64,000 bases of DNA from a virus (taxonomy: Duplodnaviria > Caudoviricetes), in IMG/VR virus record IMGVR_UViG_3300032373_000001; one strand, given 5' to 3'. Of this stretch, positions 38,063-46,032 are shown one piece after another (the first letter of the stretch is position 1; every line of letters starts with the position of its first letter). The notes beneath the pieces were generated by a model. It had not been told where the DNA came from. It ran no database searches and saw only the letters and a program-made list of their open reading frames with translations. The position numbers and the translations under genes were made by a program.

Positions 38063-40333
38063 ATGAGCCTCTCCCCTTCGCAGCTTACGGTCCTTCCCGC
38101 CCCGCTGCAGACCCTGGAAGGACCGGAGCGGAAGCGCTCGGTGTTCCCCAACGCCCTGAGCCAGTTCGTCTACACCCGCACCTACCCTCGCTGGAAGGAA
38201 GATGAGGGACGCCGCGAACGCTACGAAGAGTCGGTCTCCCGCTACGTGGGCTTCCTCCGCGAGGAGCGTGAGGTCCCCGAGGATGTCTTGAACGACATCA
38301 AGATTGGCATGCTGGACATGGGCGTGCTCCCCAGCATGCGGGCCTTCTGGTCAGCAGGCGAGGGTGCACGCCGCGACAACACGATGTTCTACAACTGCAG
38401 CTTCATCCCGCTGGACTCGCTCCCGAGCTTCAGTGAGCTGCTGTACATCCTGATGATGGGCACCGGCGTCGGCTACTCGGTTGAGTCCCGCTTCGTGAAC
38501 AACCTCCCAGTCGTCGCTTACCAGAACGGCAAGGTGGTCCGGTACCAGATCCCCGACAGCACCGAGGGGTGGCAGGATTCCCTCCTCGACTGCCTGAAGT
38601 ATCTGTTCCAGGGGTTCGATGTTGATTTCGATTACTCCCTCATCAGGCTGGCGGGTGCTCGGTGCAAGACCAAGGGCGGGCGGGCCAGCGGGCCGGATCC
38701 GCTCCGCAACCTGCTCGACTTCGTCCGGAAGACTCTCAAGGGTGCTCAGGGCCGCAAGCTGACCGACGAAGAGGTCAGCGACATCGCATGCATGATCGGG
38801 GAGATCGTGATGGCAGGGGGCGTCCGTAGGTCGGCCCTCATCTGCTTCTGCGACCCTGAGTCGGACCTGATGCGTCACTACAAGAAGTTCCCCACCTGCA
38901 AGGAGTGCGGGTTCAGCTGGGCCACCCATCTCAGCCGCCATGCCGACACCGGCGAGGCGGACCATGCCGAGAGCCACCTCAGGAAGGAGCACGGCATGAC
39001 CGAGGCAGAGTACCTCGCCAAGCACGGCAAGGACTCCTACCTCGGATTCCCGGCCCTCCGGTTCATGGCCAACATCTCCAGCTTCTGGAGCGGCAAGCCC
39101 TCCGAAGAGGAGTTCTGGGTCGAGTGGACCGCACTCCGCAACTCTGGTTCGGGCGAGCGCGGTTTCTACACGGTGCCTCCCAAGAAGCGGGCAGAGCGCC
39201 GAGGCGAGCTTCGCTCCAACCCCTGCGGCGAAATTCTGCTGCGCTTCGCAGAGAGCACCGACCCCTGGACCGGTGAGGGCGGCGGCGGGCAATTCTGCAA
39301 TTTGAGCGCTGCTGTCATGCGCTCCCACGACACCCGCGCGACCTTTGCCCGGAAGATCCGTACTGCCACCTGGATCGGCGTCATCCAGTCCACGTTCACT
39401 TACTTCCCGCGCCTGCGACCGGCCTGGAAGCAGCACTGCGATGAGGACCGCTTGATCGGGGTGGACATCACGGGCCACTGCGATAACCCTGCCCTGAGCA
39501 ACGACCCCGAGGCGATGCTCTACTTCAACCAGGTCGCCCGCGAGACTGCTGCCGAAGCCGCTGCCCACTTCGGCATCCCGGTCCCGGCAAGCATCACCTG
39601 CGGCAAGCCCAGCGGCAACTCCTCGCAACTGGTCGACTGCGCCAGTGGCTTTCATACCCGCTATGCCCCCTTCTACCTTCGGCGCGTCCGCGTTGCGTCC
39701 ACCGACCCGCTCTTGCAACTGATCCGCGATGAGGGTGTCCCGGTCCACAAGGACAACAAGTACCAGAACACCCCCGACGCTGAGTGCCCCACCTGGGTAG
39801 CCGAGTTCCCGGTCAAGTCCCCGGAGGGTGCGATCACCCGCAGCGATGAGACGGCGCTGGGTCAGCTCAATCGCTATCTCCACATCATGCGCACCTACAT
39901 CGGCGACCGGGGCCACAACCAGTCGGCCACGGTGTACGTCCGCGATGAAGAGTGGGATGCCGTCGGTGAGTGGTTGTACTACCACTGGGAAGAGGTCACC
40001 GGCCTGAGTTTCCTGCCCTACTCCGGTGGCAAGTACCGGCTGGCACCCTACGAAGAAATCACCGAGGACGAGTACAACCGCCTGATGGAGACCTTCCCCT
40101 CCATCGACTGGGACGCGCTCCAGTACTACGAGACCGAGGACATGGGCACGGGCGCGAAGGAGCTGGCCTGCGTTGGCGGGGCATGCGAGATCGACTTCAG
40201 CAAGGATGAGATGGAGCAGTTCGGCAAGGAAGAGGAGGCAGAGAAGAAGCCTTCCTTCGACAGCATCCCCTTCTGCGCCAGCCAAGGCAGCTGCACCTTC
40301 GACTGCAACCAGTGCCTGGGCCGCGACGACTGA
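38063..40333 (+). CDS. nrdJ: Class II (adenosylcobalamin-dependent) ribonucleotide reductase, monomeric type
   Basis: FVYTRTY, YNCSF, GTGVGYSV, GGVRRSALI, NPCGEIL, QFCNL, TCGKPSGNSSQL, HNQSATV, ELACVGGACEI. Confidence 0.93.
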   Translation: MSLSPSQLTVLPAPLQTLEGPERKRSVFPNALSQFVYTRTYPRWKEDEGRRERYEESVSRYVGFLREEREVPEDVLNDIKIGMLDMGVLPSMRAFWSAGEGARRDNTMFYNCSFIPLDSLPSFSELLYILMMGTGVGYSVESRFVNNLPVVAYQNGKVVRYQIPDSTEGWQDSLLDCLKYLFQGFDVDFDYSLIRLAGARCKTKGGRASGPDPLRNLLDFVRKTLKGAQGRKLTDEEVSDIACMIGEIVMAGGVRRSALICFCDPESDLMRHYKKFPTCKECGFSWATHLSRHADTGEADHAESHLRKEHGMTEAEYLAKHGKDSYLGFPALRFMANISSFWSGKPSEEEFWVEWTALRNSGSGERGFYTVPPKKRAERRGELRSNPCGEILLRFAESTDPWTGEGGGGQFCNLSAAVMRSHDTRATFARKIRTATWIGVIQSTFTYFPRLRPAWKQHCDEDRLIGVDITGHCDNPALSNDPEAMLYFNQVARETAAEAAAHFGIPVPASITCGKPSGNSSQLVDCASGFHTRYAPFYLRRVRVASTDPLLQLIRDEGVPVHKDNKYQNTPDAECPTWVAEFPVKSPEGAITRSDETALGQLNRYLHIMRTYIGDRGHNQSATVYVRDEEWDAVGEWLYYHWEEVTGLSFLPYSGGKYRLAPYEEITEDEYNRLMETFPSIDWDALQYYETEDMGTGAKELACVGGACEIDFSKDEMEQFGKEEEAEKKPSFDSIPFCASQGSCTFDCNQCLGRDD

Positions 40334-40352
40334 CGGGGTCCTTTTCGTGGTC

Positions 40353-40382
40353 AAAGAGGGGGCCATAGGCCCCCTCTTTTAA
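40353..40382 (+). terminator. Intrinsic terminator after nrdJ (bidirectional-looking)
   Basis: aaagagggggcc-ata-ggccccctctttt. Confidence 0.85.
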
Positions 40383-40546
40383 TTCTACCTTCCCCGCTTC
40401 GGGGGTATGGTTCAGTTGAGGACCGTACCGCCCTCTGAATAGGAGAGCGAGGCCCGCTGAAGCTCATTCAGCTGCACCTTCCACCAGGAAGCGACCCCCG
40501 GCCCTCAAGTCGCGAGATGTACGAACATAGCACAGGAAGGTGCAGC

Positions 40547-42190
40547 GTGAGTAAGAGCGTGAAGATGGTCGCCGTGATCGGCGACGAAGAGGTCGTGGTC
40601 GGTCGGTGCCACCCAGGCCAAGCGAGGATCCTCCGTCAGGCGGGCATGGCCGACTGGAAGAAGAACCGACTGCTCTTGAAGAGCGCCCCTGGTGCGGATG
40701 CGGTACAGGACATCGAGAAGATCCTGGGCCTGGATTCCAACCTTGAGCGGCAGAAGATGCTCAAGGACCAGGCCCTCAAGAAGGTTCTCGGGGAGAACCT
40801 GGACGAGTCCTGGACTCCCGACCGCTGGAGGCAAGCGGGTCCGTTCGGAAAGGCCGATGACCTCAGCAGCAAGTGGACGGAGTCCCTGAAGGACATCCTC
40901 GGGAATGCGGACGCAGAGGAGGTCATCGACGTCTTCTCGGGGGCAGCGCGGCGCCAGCTTGGTCCCACTCATCGCTGTGACACTCTCCTCGCGTGGGGGA
41001 TGCGCTGCCTGGAGCTCCGTGCGGCAGGTCACGACCTGTATGCCTACGATGACCCGAGGAGGCTGGCCCTGGGCTTCGTGGACGCCAGCGATGGGAACAC
41101 CTGCTACGAGTTCTCGGTCCGTCGCCTGAGATCGACCCCCGACAGCGTCTTTGAGACGCTGGGGACCACCCGGAAGCAGCTTGCCTCCATAGAGGGGCGC
41201 TTGGAGTTCATCCGGGGAGGCAAGGTTCCTGAGTTCGAAGAACCTACGGACGAAGAGTGTGAGCAGCTCCAGGATATCTTCCACAGAGGGGTTGGGCACC
41301 GACTCCGCAAGTTCCAAGATAAGGAGTATCTGGACGAGATCATGCCCTCCACCGCCGAGACGGTCCGTGCTGCGTTGGGGCTCAAGTCGCGGGCGGATCA
41401 GCTCATCGCGTGGACTCACGTCGTCCAAGAGCAGCTGGGGAAGAGGACGGTCTCCCAAGAGGTGTTCCTCCAAGATTTCTTCCAGGAGTGCCGCCGGTCA
41501 GGCCACACTACGGAGATGCTCCTTGAGGCAGTGGCGTTTGCCCTTCAGGGTCGTCCGGTCTTGATCCGTGCCCACGCCTACACGCAGAGTGTTGCTGTAG
41601 TCCGGAGGGGCCTGGAAATGATCCGGCAGGTCAACCCGGCATGGGAAGGCTTCTTCGAAGAGTGGCGTCCTGAGAAGGCAGGGATGAAGCCTGGCGGAAT
41701 GGCTCCTCGGGTCTTCTGGGACAAGCAACACACCGGCGCTTCCGGGGATCCTCTGAACAGCCATGCGGGTCTGCGCTTCCGCGCTACGCGCAGCAACCCC
41801 AGCGAGGCCATTCGCGATTTCCGTTCCTACTTGGCGGGGCTGAGGGGTCCGAACTACACCTCGGTTCCCTCAAGCGGGAACCCGGACCTCACCCTCGAAG
41901 AGGTGCAAGAGGTCTTCGTGCAAGGTCCTAATGAGGACGACCACTACCTCCGAATGTGTCACGCACTGGTCCACCTGAGCCAAGGCGGAGTGGTCTGGTT
42001 CTTCTCTCTGGGGTCGCACCAGCTGCGATTGCTCTATCCGCTGCGGAAACAGGCCATCCGCATGGGACTCCCGCTGGAGATCTACGGCGGAGAGTCGGCC
42101 CCCGACAAGGACCTGAGCAAGATCCGAGTCTGGAGGACAGAAGAGCCCGCGGAAGGCATCCTGTTCCTGGACCACCCCTTCGAGGAATGA
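40547..42190 (+). CDS. Hypothetical protein with an RRXRR/PLMP-like N-terminal domain
   Basis: VIGDEEVVVGRCHPGQARILRQAGMADWKK. GTG start with AGGAAGG upstream. Confidence 0.75.
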   Translation: MSKSVKMVAVIGDEEVVVGRCHPGQARILRQAGMADWKKNRLLLKSAPGADAVQDIEKILGLDSNLERQKMLKDQALKKVLGENLDESWTPDRWRQAGPFGKADDLSSKWTESLKDILGNADAEEVIDVFSGAARRQLGPTHRCDTLLAWGMRCLELRAAGHDLYAYDDPRRLALGFVDASDGNTCYEFSVRRLRSTPDSVFETLGTTRKQLASIEGRLEFIRGGKVPEFEEPTDEECEQLQDIFHRGVGHRLRKFQDKEYLDEIMPSTAETVRAALGLKSRADQLIAWTHVVQEQLGKRTVSQEVFLQDFFQECRRSGHTTEMLLEAVAFALQGRPVLIRAHAYTQSVAVVRRGLEMIRQVNPAWEGFFEEWRPEKAGMKPGGMAPRVFWDKQHTGASGDPLNSHAGLRFRATRSNPSEAIRDFRSYLAGLRGPNYTSVPSSGNPDLTLEEVQEVFVQGPNEDDHYLRMCHALVHLSQGGVVWFFSLGSHQLRLLYPLRKQAIRMGLPLEIYGGESAPDKDLSKIRVWRTEEPAEGILFLDHPFEE

Positions 42191-42205
42191 CGGTAGAGCA
42201 GGCTC

Positions 42206-42559
42206 ATGAAAGAAGTGAACCTGCTGATCCGAGTACTCCTGAATGAGCAGGGGGCGGTGAAAAGCTCGCACCGCCCCCTCACCTCTCAAGACGCCGAGGA
42301 AGCCAAGACCTGGCCCAGCGGCGGCTTGGTGCACCTGAGCCAAGCCCTGTTCGTGGAGGCCCTGCGTCGGGATGCGTACCTCATGGTGGTCTCGATGCTG
42401 AGCCAGGGGACGAAGCACGAAGACCTGACGCCTCAGCAGGTAGCGGAGACTGTTCGGGTCCACTGGATGGAGCAGCTGGGCCGCTTCGGGGAGCAGGCGG
42501 CAGTCGAGGCTTTACAGAATACTTCTCCTATCGAGGAGCCCGGGCAAGGAGGTTCCTGA
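42206..42559 (+). CDS. Hypothetical protein
   Basis: 117-aa ORF coupled to the next gene. Confidence 0.7.
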   Translation: MKEVNLLIRVLLNEQGAVKSSHRPLTSQDAEEAKTWPSGGLVHLSQALFVEALRRDAYLMVVSMLSQGTKHEDLTPQQVAETVRVHWMEQLGRFGEQAAVEALQNTSPIEEPGQGGS

Positions 42560-43044
42560 TGAAAAAGCTCTCTTCGCTCACCCGCCTCAAGCTCCTGAAG
42601 ATGGCCCAGGCCATGCCCAAGGGCGACGAGACCCGTCGCGCCATCCTCAGCGCACTCAAGAAGGTCGTCCCCCAGCGCGACAAGACTGCGTCTGGGAAGC
42701 TGAGGGGCAAGATCACCTTGATCATCAACGGTCGGTACTCGAATATTGCCCGCGTCCGCAACTTCGACATGAAAGACTGGCCCAAGTTCGTCGAGATGAT
42801 GAACGACGCCTATATGTGGTTCGACTCCAACGACATCGACTCGATCGACCGGGAGGTTCAGGAACTGAAGGATCAGATCAAGGAGCTCGAGAAGCAAAAG
42901 GCAGGCGGCAAGAAGTACGTGGACTTCTTCAAGAAGTGGCGCCTCGACCCCACAGACTTCCTGGGCGGTATCGACATTCAGGGTGAGGACTCCGAAGGCA
43001 CCCTCTGGGAAGAAGAGATGGGCGACTGGTACAAGCAGGCCTGA
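42559..43044 (+). CDS. Hypothetical protein with a basic helical leader (possible virion protein)
   Basis: MKKLSSLTRLKLLKMAQAMPKGDETRRAILSALKK...KTASG. CCTATC 26 nt upstream. Confidence 0.75.
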   Translation: MKKLSSLTRLKLLKMAQAMPKGDETRRAILSALKKVVPQRDKTASGKLRGKITLIINGRYSNIARVRNFDMKDWPKFVEMMNDAYMWFDSNDIDSIDREVQELKDQIKELEKQKAGGKKYVDFFKKWRLDPTDFLGGIDIQGEDSEGTLWEEEMGDWYKQA

Positions 43045-43047
43045 GCC

Positions 43048-44211
43048 CTATTCGACTCCGAAGTCGTCCATGAAAGAAGCATCCTTGGCCTGTTCGCTGA
43101 GGTGCTTCTTTTTGCGGTATGCGTGCTGCTCTTGGGGCGAGCGATGCTTGGCCCGCCACTTCTGGTACTTGGCGAACTCCTCCTCCTGAGTGCCCGCTCC
43201 CGCCAGGTCTTCTCGGAGATACATGACGAGCGAGATGCGCTCGTAGTTCTCTTCGCCTTCCACTGCGGGCTCGATCGGGGTGTTGCCGTGGAAGTGGTGC
43301 GCGACATCCATCCCGACGAAGTCCCCCTGCCGGCAGTCGAAGGCCACCCGGAACTGGGGGAAGACTGTGTAGCCGCCCTTGTAGGTGTGCTCCCCAGCTT
43401 CCAGGACACTGAAGTTTTCCAGCCCCGCCTTGAAGTCCCCCGCGTCCTGGTGACAGGCGGTCTGGAAGTTCTTGTTGACGGTGATGGTCGAGTACACGGT
43501 GCCCGGAACAACCCACTCCCGCTTGTCGAGCTCGTGCTGCTCCACGAATTCCCGCTGGGTCTGGTAGCGGTCGGGGTGTAGCTCTTCGAAGAGCTCGGTG
43601 CACCGTCGGAGGAACGGCCACGCCTGCTTGAACTTGTCCCAGTTGTCGCGGGTGTATGCGGTCTTGCGGACGTAGGGGTTCCGGGCGGTCGGGGGGAAGA
43701 AGCCTGCAATTCCGCCCATGGTCATGTTGGCTTCGACTGTGTCGGAGATGAGCCCATCCTTGGTGACGTACTTGGCGCGAGTGCCGTCGCCCACAGGGAT
43801 GACACGTGCAACGTCTCGACCGAAGCGGGTGGGGTCCACCTTGCCTCCGGCCACCCCCCGGTTCTTGGAAGGGCGGGCAGCCCCCTTCAGCCCGATATAG
43901 GCCCCCTCACACTCTTCCGGAGTGAAGACCCCCTTGCGGAAGACCAGAAACAACCGCTCGGCCAACCCCTCTTCCTCGGTCTTCTCGTCGCCGAACATGT
44001 CGAACACGCTCTCTTGGTGCGGCGCGTAGACGTTGGTGTCGCCGTTGACCAGGACCTCGAAGGAGTCCACGTCGATGAACTCTGCCTTGAGCTTGGCGGT
44101 CTCCTCGTCTGTGAGGAAGCCCTCTCCCGTCAGTTCTACGCAGAGGACCCCGTCCTCTCGGGTCCACTCGTACCAGACCAGTCCGTTGCTCTCTTTCCGC
44201 TGTTTGTCCAC
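43048..44211 (-). CDS. TET/JBP-family 2-oxoglutarate/Fe(II) dioxygenase
   Basis: YSTITVNKNFQTACHQDAGD (HxD), FPQFRVAFDCRQGDFVGMD, HGNT (distal His), ERISLVMYLRE (2OG Arg). GTG at 44211 with AGGAGG. Confidence 0.85.
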   Translation of the reverse strand: MDKQRKESNGLVWYEWTREDGVLCVELTGEGFLTDEETAKLKAEFIDVDSFEVLVNGDTNVYAPHQESVFDMFGDEKTEEEGLAERLFLVFRKGVFTPEECEGAYIGLKGAARPSKNRGVAGGKVDPTRFGRDVARVIPVGDGTRAKYVTKDGLISDTVEANMTMGGIAGFFPPTARNPYVRKTAYTRDNWDKFKQAWPFLRRCTELFEELHPDRYQTQREFVEQHELDKREWVVPGTVYSTITVNKNFQTACHQDAGDFKAGLENFSVLEAGEHTYKGGYTVFPQFRVAFDCRQGDFVGMDVAHHFHGNTPIEPAVEGEENYERISLVMYLREDLAGAGTQEEEFAKYQKWRAKHRSPQEQHAYRKKKHLSEQAKDASFMDDFGVE

Positions 44212-44302
44212 CCAGCACCTCCTGTTCACTCGACTAAAAACGAAGCCGACCCCTCTACTTACCGTGAGAGGGGTCGGCAGGCCACAACCTTAATGTTCGA
44301 GG

Positions 44303-45325
44303 TTACCCGCCGAACATGTCGAAGGCGTCGTCGGGTCGGGGGGCGATTTCCACGGGCTTGCCTTGGATGCGTCGGAGGTGCGGGAAGATGTCCTTGGAGG
44401 AGACCCCAGCGATGTCCTCGATGTCGATCAGCTCTCGCAGCTGGTTGTGGCGCGCTGCCACAACCTTGCGCGGGTTCTTGTCGAAGTTGGTCCACTGGTA
44501 GAGCTGCTCGGTCTCGAACTCGTAAGGTTCGAACTCCGGGAATTTGAACGGGCCTTCCTCTCGGAGGAACAACTCCGGGGACTTCTGCTCAGCGCTCAAG
44601 GCATGCCTCAAGAAGGCGCGGCACCAGCGGATGGCGGAGAGCATCTCGTCCATGTTCAGGGTGCCAGGGAAATGGCGGAACTCGATGGTCTCGGTCTCTT
44701 CCCACATCTGGCGGAGGTTGATGCCGGCACGTGGGCTGAAGTACCACATGCGACCCTTCTCGGTCGCCGGTGCGTGCTCCTCGTAGAAGCCTTGGGTGGT
44801 CGTGGCTGCGAGCATCGCCGCAACTCGTTTCTTGGGCATCTTGTACTGGTGGGACTTGTGCCGCCTCTTTTCCCGCTTCCGTTCCCACTCATACACCTCG
44901 GGAGGCAGGCTGGGGTCCGTCTTGGGGATGCGTTCCACGATGCTGAAGGCGTCTTGCTGGTGCTGGTCGATGTACCGCAGCAACCTCTTGCAGCCCTCCA
45001 GGTCGTCCTTCAGCCCCGGAACCCGCACGTGGATGTGAAGGTTGGAGCGGTAGTTGACGATGGGTGCAGGACCCCCCTTCGGGAGGGCAGCGTTGATTCG
45101 AGCGATGTGCTCGACCTGCTGTTCCGGGGTGGAGGTCGGCCTCGTGTTGATCTCACCCCCGTACCGATACAGCTTGCCGACAGGGTCGTTGGCGATGCCC
45201 GTTGAAGAAACGCAGGTGTTGTCCTTGTCGTTCCACTGAGCGCCGTCGGGAAGCTCAGCGAAGCGGAAGCAGTTGCCGTACTCCAGCTCTGCACCGTAGG
45301 TGAAGCTGTCTACATCGTATTTCAT
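44303..45325 (-). CDS. Putative amidoligase (COOH-NH2 ligase, glutamine-synthetase-like fold)
   Basis: TYGAELEYG, GGEINTRPT, NLHIHV, TIEFRHFPGT. Coupled to the GATase gene. Confidence 0.75.
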   Translation of the reverse strand: MKYDVDSFTYGAELEYGNCFRFAELPDGAQWNDKDNTCVSSTGIANDPVGKLYRYGGEINTRPTSTPEQQVEHIARINAALPKGGPAPIVNYRSNLHIHVRVPGLKDDLEGCKRLLRYIDQHQQDAFSIVERIPKTDPSLPPEVYEWERKREKRRHKSHQYKMPKKRVAAMLAATTTQGFYEEHAPATEKGRMWYFSPRAGINLRQMWEETETIEFRHFPGTLNMDEMLSAIRWCRAFLRHALSAEQKSPELFLREEGPFKFPEFEPYEFETEQLYQWTNFDKNPRKVVAARHNQLRELIDIEDIAGVSSKDIFPHLRRIQGKPVEIAPRPDDAFDMFGG

Positions 45326-46032
45326 GGGGTCGGGGAAGCCTTGGGCTGGAGGTCCTGTTGGGACTGAGGAGAGCCGACGCTCAGCAGGCTGAGGACCCTG
45401 GCTCCGGGGGTGAGCTGCGTCTTGTAGTGCATCTTGAGCTGCATGGGGTCGTTCTCGACTCCTGACCTCAACGCGATGTCCCGCGTTGAAGTGATCAGTT
45501 GACCGTTGTTTACCTTGGTGAGGTAAAGGGGGCGCTTGCCGTTGCGGTAGGCGATCATCGTCCGGTTGGCGTGAAGCTCTACCGCCGCGATGCTGGAGTC
45601 CAGCCAATCCTGGAACGGGTTGCCTCGCTTCCGAAGGAGGAGTTCTGTGTCGTTCTTGGTCTCGCAGGCGACCCCGTAGAGACCCTCCCAGTTCTCGGGG
45701 AGCTCCTGGGAGATGACCCCGTTGTGGACCAGCGCGGTGTCCTCAGTAGAGAGCGGCTGGTTGTACTCCAGGTCGCTGGTCGAGTACCTGCAGTGGCCGA
45801 GGAGGTACAGGTTCCCGTCTTCGTTGAGGTACTGCGAGGGGTCCTGGAGGTGACGCTCAACGAAGACCTCAGCGGGAACAGGTTCCTTGATCGTGTGCAG
45901 GTTCCCCCCTTGGAGCCATGTCATGCCCGTGGCATGCTTGCCACGGATTTGGCTCTGAAGGAACACTTCTACCAGCAGGTCAAGCTCTGCCGGCTTGGGG
46001 GCCGCGAAGTATGCCCCGATTACTCCACACAT
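45322..46032 (-). CDS. Class II (Ntn) glutamine amidotransferase
   Basis: N-terminal MCGVIG, RGKHATG, GHCRYST, NQP, VHNGVI, NDTE. Confidence 0.85.
   Translation of the reverse strand: MCGVIGAYFAAPKPAELDLLVEVFLQSQIRGKHATGMTWLQGGNLHTIKEPVPAEVFVERHLQDPSQYLNEDGNLYLLGHCRYSTSDLEYNQPLSTEDTALVHNGVISQELPENWEGLYGVACETKNDTELLLRKRGNPFQDWLDSSIAAVELHANRTMIAYRNGKRPLYLTKVNNGQLITSTRDIALRSGVENDPMQLKMHYKTQLTPGARVLSLLSVGSPQSQQDLQPKASPTP

Noticed and set aside
38884-39050. NrdJ insertion as an intein or intron
   Set aside because: It is too short, has no C/S...HN-C splice junctions or endonuclease motifs, and the reading frame is continuous.
40547-42190. IscB/OMEGA nuclease call
   Set aside because: Only the N-terminal domain resembles IscB. 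There are no RuvC acidic motifs, HNH or transposon ends.
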